Shown piece after piece: positions 9,193-18,686 of a DNA stretch of 64,000 nucleotides (position 1 is the first letter of the stretch; every line of letters begins with the position of its first letter). The stretch is from positions 64,001 through 128,000 of the forward strand of contig JAHHIM010000073.1 in NCBI GenBank assembly GCA_019358915.1, written 5' to 3'. The notes below the pieces were generated by a model that saw only the letters and a program-made list of their open reading frames with translations, was not told the origin of the DNA and searched no databases. The translations under genes were made by a program, and so were the position numbers. Source of the DNA: Trichormus sp. ATA11-4-KO1. Its GTDB lineage: Bacteria > Cyanobacteriota > Cyanobacteriia > Cyanobacteriales > Nostocaceae.

Positions 9193-11358
9193 TTACTTCC
9201 GAGTTTTACGCCGCCATTTTTCCCGGACTAAACGAATTTCATCAAAAGTATAGTTGTCACCTAGTTGTTCTTTAATTGGTGTCAGCGAAATGTCACCCAG
9301 AACTTCTAAAACTTGCCAAATTTTTTGTTGATGCTCTAGTGGTACTAGCTGATTTAAATCTACAGGCTGATTTTTTTCCATTAACTTTGAAAGGTGATTG
9401 AGAATTGTCGCCGGACTAAGATTGCGTTTGTGGGCAATTTCGGCAATACTCAAACCTTCTTGATGCAATCTTAAGGTCACTAACTCAGTATCAGTAGGTA
9501 AATTCTTAAAAGCTATAGAACCTGTAGAATTATCGGGTTGTTCTGGCGCACCTTGTTCTTGACGGTAAGTTTTAATTTCTGTGAGAAACTTTTTACCATA
9601 TTGAGCCAGTTTGTGACTACCCACGCCAGAAAGTTTAGCAAAATCGGTTAAAGATTGCGGTTGTACCTGCGCCATTAATTTCAAGGTAGAATCTGGAAAC
9701 ACAACATAAGGTGGTACAGACTGTTCATCAGCCAATTGTTTGCGGAGCGATCGCAACCTCTGCAATAATATTTCTGCCTCAACAGCTTTTTCGCTTCCCT
9801 CTTCCCAAGTTATTTTTTGGGCTATAGGAACAGCAATGGTAACTGTACGCTGTCGCCGCATTACTTGCCAACTGAGGGCGTTAAGTTTCAAAACTGAGTA
9901 ACCATCGCTGGTTTGTTCTAATAACCCTTGATGTAACAGAGAACGTCCCAGCATTCGCCACTCATCTAAACTTCTATCTTTGCCGATACCGTAGGTGGAA
10001 AGTTTGTCATGTTCATTTTGGGTAATTTTCTGGTTTTTAGCACCCCGTAGCACATCAATAATATGCAACATCCCAAATCTTTCCTGACAACGCGCCACAC
10101 AAGATAAAAATTTCATGGCTTCAATTGTCCAGTCTTGTACTGGTTTGGGATAACGACAATTATCACAGTTACCGCAATTACCCGGAAACCGTTCGCCAAA
10201 ATAACCTAGCTGAATTGTCCGCCGACAATCTGTACCTTCAGCATAGTCAATTACCTGGCGCAATTGTTGTTTGGCAATTAACTGTTCTTGAGGGTCAGTT
10301 TTTTGGTTAATACTCCATTCAATGGTTTTAATATCACTAAAACTAAAAAATAATGTACAACGAGAAGGTTCACTATCTCTTCCCGCCCTACCTGATTCTT
10401 GATAATAACTTTCTAAATTGCGCGGTAAATCAAAATGAACTACCAGCCGCACATCAGGCTTATTAATGCCCATACCAAAGGCAATTGTCGCCACCATCAC
10501 GCGCACATCATCGCGAATAAAGCGAGTTTGATTTTGGGAACGTTCTTCGTCACTTAAACCAGCATGATAAGCCAAAGCCGCAATCTTATCATTTTGCAGT
10601 TTAAATGTGAGTTCATCAACCTTTTTACGAGTTAGACAATAAATAATTGCCGAACCATCAGTTTCCCGGACAAGTTCTAATAATTCGGCATAAGCAGACT
10701 TCGATTTAGCCCTAACTTCATAGTAAAGATTTTGTCGATTAAAGCTAGCAACGTGAATGCTAGGTTGCCTTAACCCTAATTGTTGGATGATATCACTCCG
10801 CACACGATCTGTAGCTGTAGCAGTGAGGGCGGTAGTAGGGACATCTGCATAGCGTTTTCGCAGAGATTTCAATTGACGATATTCTGGACGAAAATCGTGT
10901 CCCCACTCAGAAACGCAGTGTGCTTCGTCAATAGCAAAAGTAGAAATGCCGATTTGGTGATGTACTAAATCTAGAAACGGTAGAAACCTTTCACTTAAAA
11001 GCCGTTCGGGCGCGACGTAAAGTAATCTCACCTTACCATTGAGAATGGCATCCTCACGCGATCGCACCTTATAGGGATTCAGACTACTATTGAGAAAAGT
11101 CGCTGAAATATTATTATTTCGCAGTCCTTCCACTTGGTCTTGCATCAAAGCGATTAACGGCGACACCACCACCGTTAAACCCTTCTTGATTAAGGCTGGT
11201 AACTGAAAACACAAAGATTTTCCTCCACCCGTAGGCATCACCACCAATAAATCCCGATTTTGCAGCGCATCTTCGATAATTTGTCGTTGTCCAGGGCGGA
11301 AGTTATCGTAACCGAAGTGATATTTCAGCGCTTGTTCGAGATTGGGATACTGAAGCAT
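9193..11358 (-). CDS. recQ: ATP-dependent DNA helicase RecQ
   Basis: PTGGGKS, DEAHC, QESGRAGRD, Cys Zn-binding region, RQC and HRDC domains. Confidence 0.97.
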   Translation of the reverse strand: MLQYPNLEQALKYHFGYDNFRPGQRQIIEDALQNRDLLVVMPTGGGKSLCFQLPALIKKGLTVVVSPLIALMQDQVEGLRNNNISATFLNSSLNPYKVRSREDAILNGKVRLLYVAPERLLSERFLPFLDLVHHQIGISTFAIDEAHCVSEWGHDFRPEYRQLKSLRKRYADVPTTALTATATDRVRSDIIQQLGLRQPSIHVASFNRQNLYYEVRAKSKSAYAELLELVRETDGSAIIYCLTRKKVDELTFKLQNDKIAALAYHAGLSDEERSQNQTRFIRDDVRVMVATIAFGMGINKPDVRLVVHFDLPRNLESYYQESGRAGRDSEPSRCTLFFSFSDIKTIEWSINQKTDPQEQLIAKQQLRQVIDYAEGTDCRRTIQLGYFGERFPGNCGNCDNCRYPKPVQDWTIEAMKFLSCVARCQERFGMLHIIDVLRGAKNQKITQNEHDKLSTYGIGKDRSLDEWRMLGRSLLHQGLLEQTSDGYSVLKLNALSWQVMRRQRTVTIAVPIAQKITWEEGSEKAVEAEILLQRLRSLRKQLADEQSVPPYVVFPDSTLKLMAQVQPQSLTDFAKLSGVGSHKLAQYGKKFLTEIKTYRQEQGAPEQPDNSTGSIAFKNLPTDTELVTLRLHQEGLSIAEIAHKRNLSPATILNHLSKLMEKNQPVDLNQLVPLEHQQKIWQVLEVLGDISLTPIKEQLGDNYTFDEIRLVREKWRRKTRK

Positions 11359-11458
11359 GGCGATGAGTCTTTCAGGGGCGTTCTGTATGTGTCGTTACGA
11401 AGATAACAGCATTATAGAAGCCCTGGCGACTAGAAGTCGCAGTGCGCTGGGAATTTAA

Positions 11459-11497
11459 TGAGTGCTGAGTGCTGAGTGCTGAGTGCTGAGTGCTGAG
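11459..11497. repeat. STRR (TGAGTGC)x5
   Basis: Direct tandem heptamers between alr and recQ. Confidence 0.9.
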
Positions 11498-11633
11498 AGT
11501 ACTCTGCACTCTCGCACTCGGTAAATGCCCTGCTCCTCGTGGGCGGAATCTGATAATTGGGAGAAGGTTGATACCACGCGAAGTGTGGGCGGTCTTTTAA
11601 CTCAGGAAGGATGCACTTTCAACTCAGCACTCT

Positions 11634-12821
11634 TCAGATCACTGCTACACGAGGCAGACGATGCTTGAAACCGCAAAGAATTTCCCAAGAGATAGTATTT
11701 AACTGTTCTGCCCAATCGTTAGCTGAGATTTGTTCTTTGCCCTGTTCTCCCAGTAAAGTGACTATTTCTCCTTCTTGTAAATCTGGAATAGCACTGACAT
11801 CTAGCATCAACTGATCCATGGTAATGGTGCCAATCTGTGGTATGCGGTGACCGCGAATTAACACCTGAATTTTTTGGGAAAGATTGCGCGGTACGCCATC
11901 AGCGTAACCAATACCAACCACAGCGAGACGGAGTTCGTGAGGTGCGATAAATTGTTGACCATAGCTGACACCAGTTCCGGCGGCAATGGTTTTGACGTGG
12001 GTAACTCGCGCCTTTAATTGTAATACTGGCTTGAGGTCGATGACATTTTGTAAATGCGGTGCTGGATATAGTCCGTAAATAGCTAAACCCGCTCGGACAA
12101 TGTCGTAATGTAATGCTGGATTTGTCAGAGTGGCGGCTGAGTTTGCTAAGTGTAAGCAAGGTGGCTGGATTCCCATTGCTTTGACTTGGGCGATCGCTTG
12201 CTCAAATCGTCTATGCTGTTCTTGCATTACCGTAGTATCAGGACTATCGGCTGTAGCTAGGTGAGAATAAATGCTAGCAATGGCAAGATGCGGTAAGCGC
12301 TGGACTAACTGCACAAACTCAACGGCTTCTTTCCAGTCAGTTCCTAACCTGGACATGCCCGTGTCTAATTTAATGTGTACGGGTACGGGGGAACCATAAT
12401 TAATGGTTTCTAAAGTATTGGAAAAAACGAGAGCTTGTTTGGGACTGCACACAGTTGGCTGTAGTTTCCAGTGAGCGATCGCATGGATTTGTTCTGGTGT
12501 ATGGGCTGCCCCTAAAATCAAAATTGGTGCTTTTATCCCACCTTCCCGTAATTGAATACCTTCTGGAACTGTGGCAACTCCCAACCAACTGGCTCCTGAT
12601 TGCAGTGCTGTTTGAGCAACTGTTACGGCTCCATGACCATAGGCATCAGCTTTTACCACTGCCATCAACTGCGTGCGTGGCGATAAAAACTTTACCAGTT
12701 GCTGTATATTGTGCGATAACGCCCCTAGATCGATTTCTACCCAGGCGCGCTGCGAGAACCAAGCGTAGGTGTCGCACTGTTGACTATCAGCAAAGGTAGG
12801 GGTTTGCTTGCGACTTAACAT
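11634..12821 (-). CDS. alr: Alanine racemase
   Basis: AVVKADAYGHG PLP-lysine motif, KLDTGMSRLG, GYADG. Confidence 0.97.
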   Translation of the reverse strand: MLSRKQTPTFADSQQCDTYAWFSQRAWVEIDLGALSHNIQQLVKFLSPRTQLMAVVKADAYGHGAVTVAQTALQSGASWLGVATVPEGIQLREGGIKAPILILGAAHTPEQIHAIAHWKLQPTVCSPKQALVFSNTLETINYGSPVPVHIKLDTGMSRLGTDWKEAVEFVQLVQRLPHLAIASIYSHLATADSPDTTVMQEQHRRFEQAIAQVKAMGIQPPCLHLANSAATLTNPALHYDIVRAGLAIYGLYPAPHLQNVIDLKPVLQLKARVTHVKTIAAGTGVSYGQQFIAPHELRLAVVGIGYADGVPRNLSQKIQVLIRGHRIPQIGTITMDQLMLDVSAIPDLQEGEIVTLLGEQGKEQISANDWAEQLNTISWEILCGFKHRLPRVAVI

Positions 12822-13348
12822 TTTTACACACTCCTATCATCCCACTGTTAAGCTTCCAGATTGTACGTAGTTGATGACGACTGTTTGTTCTTTATTCACA
12901 CCGCTAGAAGCCACATCAGAGTTAATTTGGAAGTTTACACTTCATTGTGGAATTTACACAAGGTACTGAGGTGGCAGATGTGTGAATCAAGTTAAATTAA
13001 TATTCTCTAAAATGCTGTATTCCCTTTGTTTTCCAGACCTACAGAGCATCACGTCTTCAACTCAATTAGTTTAATCAATACTGCCCATATTGAGAAATTA
13101 AGCATCTGGATCTCGGTCAAGAGTTATAAATTGTTTTTAGTACTGAGAGTCAATAGTGACAGGAAAACTATTTGCTTGTGTCTACCAGAAATCGGCCTAA
13201 GTAATGTCTTCGTCAGGGTCTATCATAAATTATGAGCCATAACTAGTTTTAGTTCCTGAATTATTTCGGAAGTATAATTTATCCTCATCTCCCAAGCAGA
13301 ATAACTTTGTGTTAATATATGTAAAACTAATACCTTGAGCGCTAACCA

Positions 13349-13846
13349 ATGGGGAAGGTTTTAGTCCTAAACGCCTCTTACGAACCGCTCAATATCACGA
13401 GCTGGCGTCGCGCTGTGGTTCTGTTAATTAAAGGCAAAGCAGAACGTGTTGAACACAACGGTAAATTCTTGTACACTGATTTTCCGTTGCCAACCGTAAT
13501 CCGGTTGCGCCATTACGTGCGCGTTCCCTATAAGGAAATTCCTCTAACTCGCCGAAATATCTTGCACCGTGACGGTCATGCTTGTCAGTACTGCGGTTAT
13601 ACTGGCGATGAGTTGACACTAGACCACGTGCTACCGCGATCGCGTGGCGGAGGCGATACCTGGGAAAACATTGTTACAGCTTGTGTCCGTTGCAATGTTA
13701 AAAAAGGGAACCGCACACCCTACGAAGCTCATATGCCGTTGCGTCATCCTCCACGCCAACCTTACAGCAGCCTATATTTTGAGGTTAGCAAACATCTCAA
13801 GAGCGGACTGCATACAGAGTGGCAAAAATATGTCATAGGTCTTTGA
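13349..13846 (+). CDS. HNH endonuclease (McrA-like)
   Basis: VLVLNASYEPL N-terminus, CQYCG, TLDHVLPRSRGG, WENIVTACVRCN. Confidence 0.92.
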   Translation: MGKVLVLNASYEPLNITSWRRAVVLLIKGKAERVEHNGKFLYTDFPLPTVIRLRHYVRVPYKEIPLTRRNILHRDGHACQYCGYTGDELTLDHVLPRSRGGGDTWENIVTACVRCNVKKGNRTPYEAHMPLRHPPRQPYSSLYFEVSKHLKSGLHTEWQKYVIGL

Positions 13847-14404
13847 CGCTAAGGTAATCACCCTAAAGGACTAAAAGAATTGTCACCTGTCGGAGGTGCG
13901 ATATCTTTGCGCCTGTCAGAGTACCTCTGTACGGGTCTAAGGTAAGCTTGTCCCTTGAAAATCAATAATTTGGCGTTAAACTACAGGATGTTTTCCAGCA
14001 TCTGGTAAAGCATTGTCCCCAATGGCTAGTACCGCCGTGAAGTCAAAAGTCAGAAGGCTTTTATTTTAGGCATTTGAATTTGTATCTCTATTTACGCCGC
14101 AGAGTACTAGGCAAACGGTATATCAGCGCCTTATGCTATCTCAATATATTGTAAAATAACTCAGTCAGCCAGAAATTTTCCTTGATATTTCCGAGGAAAA
14201 TGTGAAATCAACTCTTTTTTTCGGGAAAAATAGCCAGCAACTTTGGTTAAAAATTCTATTTACCAATTGGATTGACAAAAATAAGCCCAGATAAGTATCC
14301 CAACATTCCTCTATTTTTGCGAAGATCAAAATGTGTCTCTAAATCAGAATAGTGTTGGTTGTATTATTTCTTAACAAATCAACGGAGGCTCAAACTCACT
14401 CAAG

Positions 14405-15700
14405 ATGTCCCCTATGCAATTGAATTCTTCCTCTAAGCAATCGGAAAGTTTCTTATTGACCACAGAGCCTAGCCCAGAGGATGCTGAAATAGACAAAGAA
14501 GCAATCAAAGTTTCACTTATCAAACCATCATTGCCGTCATCTACAGGAGAAGCAGGCAATGGCAAATTAAGTCAACGGAGTAATTCCGAGGCTTTTCAGA
14601 AATCGGCAGAACTGCAAAAAACTTTTTTAGCGCATCAACATGAGCGTCATTTAGTAATTCTGCAAGATTTTCCTGACCCTGATGCTCTCTCTTGTGCTTG
14701 GACTTACCAGTTAATTACTCAGCAATATGATATTAAATGTGAAATTATTTATGCTGGTACACTGAGCCATCAAGAGAACATTGCCTTAGTTAAGCTGACT
14801 GGTTTACCTGCCCAGCGCTGGACATTGCAGACCCTGAAAAGTAAAGACCTATCATCTTATCAAGGCTTTGTATTAATTGATAACCAGGGAACTACTAGTC
14901 AGCTACTAACAGCTGTACAGCAGGCAGGAATTCCATTAGTCGCAGTCATTGACCATCATAGTTTACAGGCGGAACTCAAATCAGACTTTGTTGATGTCCG
15001 TCCTCATGTGCGAGCAACTGCAACGATTTTTACTCAGTACTTGCAATCAGGGTTATTGACCTTAGATAGCAGCATCAGCCAACATGTCAAATGTGCTACA
15101 GCCTTAATGCATGGGTTGCGGTCAGATACCAATCGGCTAATGCAAGCCCAAGAAGAAGATTTCATGGCGGCTGCATATCTGAGTCGATTTTATGATGCGC
15201 AACTGCTGAACGCCATTTTACAGGCGAATCGTTCCAAGCGGGTAATGGATGTCATAGAGCGATCGCTGAAAAACCGCATCGTGCAAAATAACTTTTCCCT
15301 TGCTGGCGTTGGTTATCTTCGTTACGAAGACCGGGATGCTATTCCCCAAGCAGCAGATTTCCTAGTCACAGAAGAAAATGTCCATACCGCAGTAGTTTAC
15401 GGCATCGTTCACGACGAAGATGATGAGTTAGAAGTGGTGATTGGTTCCTTGAGAACTACCAAACTTACTCTTGACCCTGATGAGTTTATTAAAGAAGCCT
15501 TTGGGCAAGATAGTACAGGACGCTTTTTTGGTGGTGGACGCACAGGCGCTGGCGGTTTTGAAATCCCGATGGGTTTCTTGTCTGGCAGTAACGAAAATGC
15601 CGCCTATGCCAAAATGAAATGGGAAGTGTATGATTCTCAAGTCAAGCAAAAGCTACTCAAGTTAGTCAACCCTAAAGACAACCCCATTGAATCAGAGTAA
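14405..15700 (+). CDS. DHH-family phosphoesterase (NrnA-like)
   Basis: PDPDA, IDHH, SDT and C-terminal GGGR motifs; start could be 14414. Confidence 0.88.
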   Translation: MSPMQLNSSSKQSESFLLTTEPSPEDAEIDKEAIKVSLIKPSLPSSTGEAGNGKLSQRSNSEAFQKSAELQKTFLAHQHERHLVILQDFPDPDALSCAWTYQLITQQYDIKCEIIYAGTLSHQENIALVKLTGLPAQRWTLQTLKSKDLSSYQGFVLIDNQGTTSQLLTAVQQAGIPLVAVIDHHSLQAELKSDFVDVRPHVRATATIFTQYLQSGLLTLDSSISQHVKCATALMHGLRSDTNRLMQAQEEDFMAAAYLSRFYDAQLLNAILQANRSKRVMDVIERSLKNRIVQNNFSLAGVGYLRYEDRDAIPQAADFLVTEENVHTAVVYGIVHDEDDELEVVIGSLRTTKLTLDPDEFIKEAFGQDSTGRFFGGGRTGAGGFEIPMGFLSGSNENAAYAKMKWEVYDSQVKQKLLKLVNPKDNPIESE

Positions 15701-15940
15701 GCCTTGTAATTAATTACAAGTACCAGAAACTCATAGTAAAAGTCCGTTACAACTAACTTAAAGACAGCATTTATTTAGTGGGGGTTTAGCATTGCTAGAC
15801 CCTTATCAATTAATTTAGTTTAAAACCAAGAAATGTATTTCTAAATAACAAATTCTGAAAATAACATTATATAAATTTTATGTATTAATTCACCTTTCTT
15901 GTGTAGTTCATACCTCAGTTATTGGTGACGGAGAAATGCC

Positions 15941-16132
15941 ATGAACACAACAAAACTGCAAATGTTACAAAACCTGTATGACCAAGATTTTTATGCTTGG
16001 GTAGAACAAACAACAGAAATTTTAAAATCACAGCACTGGAACAAGCTGGATTTAGAACACTTAATTGAGGAAGTGATAGATTTGGGTAAGAGTCAACAAA
16101 GGGCTTTACAGACTGCATTGCGATTGGTTTAA
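15941..16132 (+). pseudogene. Truncated DUF29-family gene
   Basis: LYDQDFYAWVEQT...LDLEHLIEEV..LGKSQQRAL matches the DUF29 N-terminus, but the ORF stops after 63 aa. Confidence 0.8.
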
Positions 16133-16257
16133 ACCGAATAATAGCTTAAATGTAATGGGTATAAATTTGGTATAATCTGGATATGCCAACGACTTGAAAA
16201 GCCAGTTGTAGAAACTGCTGTAAGTTTGTTACCTGATTATCAAGACATGTACTTGTA

Positions 16258-16668
16258 ATGCCAATAGTACCATTTGAATTTCTCATTGCCAGACGGCCTG
16301 TTTCGCTACAGGCAAAGAACAAAAAAAACCTTCAGGCATGGAAGAATTTTGTGCGTTCTGAAGCCCAAAAGATTTGGCAGGATGGTATTCCAATTCAAGA
16401 TACTCATGTACAGTTAACGCTAATTTATCTTTGTGATGATTATCCACCTGATATCGATAATATCATCAAACCTATTCAAGATGCACTTGTAAACTTAGTT
16501 TTTGCAGATGATATTTTAGTATCAGATGTAGATAGTCATCGTCGGTTTATGTCTGACCCGATTGATATTATAAACCTACCTTTATTATTACAACACGGTA
16601 TCTTTCTCGGTAAAGAGTGTGTTTATATAAAAGTAAGTCAATCTCAATCTTTGGAAAAGTACTTATGA
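16258..16668 (+). CDS. RusA-family (Holliday junction resolvase-like) nuclease
   Basis: PPDIDNIIKPIQDAL..LVFADD matches the RusA D-x-D-N-x-x-K-x-x-x-D...DD motif. Confidence 0.82.
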   Translation: MPIVPFEFLIARRPVSLQAKNKKNLQAWKNFVRSEAQKIWQDGIPIQDTHVQLTLIYLCDDYPPDIDNIIKPIQDALVNLVFADDILVSDVDSHRRFMSDPIDIINLPLLLQHGIFLGKECVYIKVSQSQSLEKYL

Positions 16669-17660
16669 TTAGCAATCCTCAAAATTTAAATGATGATAAA
16701 GTCAAATTTCTAGCAGATAAGTATGTTAGTGAAGGATTTCACATTTTGGATAAATTACCCTTCGATTTGGGTAACTATCAGCCAGATATAATTGCTACTA
16801 AAGATGACATAAGTCTAGTCATTGAAGTAAGAACCAGTCTCAGCCGAGTTTCAGTTGATAGTTTACAAGCTATAGCAGAGGAAGTCAGTACACATCCAGG
16901 CTGGCGTTTTTTATTGGTAACACTTGAAGATATTGAAGCTAAACCTTTACCTGGAACATCCGAAAACCTTCCTTCGTGGCAAGAGCTAAATTACCGATTT
17001 GTCCAAGCTCATAGACTGATTAAAAATCAGGAAATTGAGCCTGCCTTTCTTTTTATGTGGAGTATTCTTGAGGGTGCTTTAAGAAAGCGAGCAGTTGACG
17101 TATCTATTCCTGTTGAACGTTTCCCAGTTTTAGGCTTACTAAAGCATATGTACTCTTTGGGAGAATTATCCATCTCTCAATTTGACTTTGTTAAAGCTTG
17201 TTTGCAAATTCGGAATTCCCTGGCTCACGGATATATTGAAAAACTCAATTTGCAAGTTTTACTTCAATTTGAAAATTTAGTTAGTCAATTGTTGGCAGAA
17301 TGGACAACTGACACATCCATAAGCCAAAAAATAGCGAAGATGATGGAACCCGCGAAAAAAGATTATCAGATTTACCTAGAAATAGTTACTTCTGAGTTAG
17401 AGAAAACAGAAAAAAAGGATGAAATACTGGCAAATATTAAGAAGCGTTGTCAACAAGAAGGACTAACAAATTCTTTCAATGAGCTTCAGCATTTAGCTGA
17501 TGAATCTGATCCAGTAGTTGAACCTGCTCCGCAGTCACCAGATTTTGATTTTATCAATCATAGTTTCATTGGGATGTGGAGCGATCGCCAAAATTTAACT
17601 GATAGCACTGCTTGGGTGCGTGGTATTCGAGAAAATGAGTGGTCAAAGTTGCATGACTAA
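16665..17660 (+). CDS. Fusion protein: PD-(D/E)xK REase-like domain + HEPN-like domain + antitoxin-like C-terminal tail
   Basis: YQPDIIA...VIEVR; RNSLAH (Rx4H); C-terminal FIGMWSDR...STAWVRGIRENEW; ATG overlaps the upstream stop (ATGA). Confidence 0.65.
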   Translation: MISNPQNLNDDKVKFLADKYVSEGFHILDKLPFDLGNYQPDIIATKDDISLVIEVRTSLSRVSVDSLQAIAEEVSTHPGWRFLLVTLEDIEAKPLPGTSENLPSWQELNYRFVQAHRLIKNQEIEPAFLFMWSILEGALRKRAVDVSIPVERFPVLGLLKHMYSLGELSISQFDFVKACLQIRNSLAHGYIEKLNLQVLLQFENLVSQLLAEWTTDTSISQKIAKMMEPAKKDYQIYLEIVTSELEKTEKKDEILANIKKRCQQEGLTNSFNELQHLADESDPVVEPAPQSPDFDFINHSFIGMWSDRQNLTDSTAWVRGIRENEWSKLHD

Positions 17661-18042
17661 CTCGACCATTATTGACACTGATATTCTCATTGATGTTAGT
17701 CGCGGTGTTCTCGAAGCAAGAAACTGTTTGCAAAATCTGAAAGCTAGTTCTGGCTTAGCAATTAGCATAGTCACACAGATGGAACTGATGGTTGGTTGTG
17801 CTAACAAGGCAGAACTACAAACACTAGAAAGTTTCCTGAAGTATTTTGACATCATTAAGATTGACCAAGCTGTGTCAGACAAAGCAGTAAATTTATTGCG
17901 GTCTTATCGGCTTAGTCACGGGTTGCTGATTGCGGATAGTCTGATTGCAGCTACAGCAATTGTCTGGAATTACCCGTTGATCACAAAAAATCAAAATGAT
18001 TACAGGTTTATTGAAAATTTAAACCTATTGCCATATTCATAA
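17653..18042 (+). CDS. vapC: PIN-domain toxin (VapC family)
   Basis: IIDTDILID, QMEL, IADSLIAATA, LITKNQNDY; start overlaps the upstream ORF. Confidence 0.9.
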   Translation: MTNSTIIDTDILIDVSRGVLEARNCLQNLKASSGLAISIVTQMELMVGCANKAELQTLESFLKYFDIIKIDQAVSDKAVNLLRSYRLSHGLLIADSLIAATAIVWNYPLITKNQNDYRFIENLNLLPYS

Positions 18043-18055
18043 CAACACTAAAAAT

Positions 18056-18550
18056 ATGGAATTATATTTAATTCGTCATGGTATCGCCGAAGAGAGACAA
18101 CCAGACATCCAAGATGAAGAGCGATCGCTCACTCAAGAAGGACGACAAAAAACACAGAAAGTCGCCCAGAGAATTAAACAACTGGGTTTACAGTTTGATG
18201 TGATTGTCACTAGTCCTTTAGTACGGGCATACCAAACAGCAGAAATTTTGGTAGCAACTCAACTAAGTACCCAATTGGAGGAATCTGCTCATCTTGCCCC
18301 TAATGGTCATATTTCTAGTTGGCTAGATTATTGGTTAGAACCCAAAAATTATCCACAAAAAACCCAAATTGCCCTGGTAGGACATGAACCTTGTTTGAGC
18401 CATTGGGCAGAAAATCTGCTTTGGGGAGAGGTCAAAGACAGTTTAGTCTTGAAAAAAGCAGGTATGATCGGGATAAAACTACCAGAAATAGGTACTCCCA
18501 TAGGCCGTAGTCAAATGTTTTGGTTGACACCGCCCAAGTACCTGCTATAA
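18056..18550 (+). CDS. sixA: Phosphohistidine phosphatase SixA
   Basis: LIRHGIA, TSPLVRAYQTA, LVGHEP. Confidence 0.93.
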   Translation: MELYLIRHGIAEERQPDIQDEERSLTQEGRQKTQKVAQRIKQLGLQFDVIVTSPLVRAYQTAEILVATQLSTQLEESAHLAPNGHISSWLDYWLEPKNYPQKTQIALVGHEPCLSHWAENLLWGEVKDSLVLKKAGMIGIKLPEIGTPIGRSQMFWLTPPKYLL

Positions 18551-18686
18551 CGGTTTTTCAACTCTTCTCAAAAAATTGTTGTTAGATCGGCTACTGTTAT
18601 GGCGACAATAATTTCTGGTAAGTTAGCGTGTTCGCGGAGCGTGTGCTTTGCACAATCAGATATTTCAAAAAGCAGATGGTGTTGCC

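Noticed and set aside
11500..11610. IS200/IS605 end remnant between alr and recQ
   Set aside because: GC-rich and weakly structured, but no transposase fragment or clear end motif can be supported
13026..13235. 69-aa ORF in the alr-HNH divergent spacer
   Set aside because: TTG start, no RBS or motif; likely promoter DNA
13349..13846. HNH gene as IscB/Cas9-like or mobile endonuclease
   Set aside because: Only 165 aa, no RuvC or PLMP motifs, no IS ends; looks like the ordinary stand-alone HNH family
13900..13960. c-di-GMP-I riboswitch suggested by ACGGGTCTAAG
   Set aside because: The required upstream GGCAAA/GAAA/GACGCAAAG elements are absent
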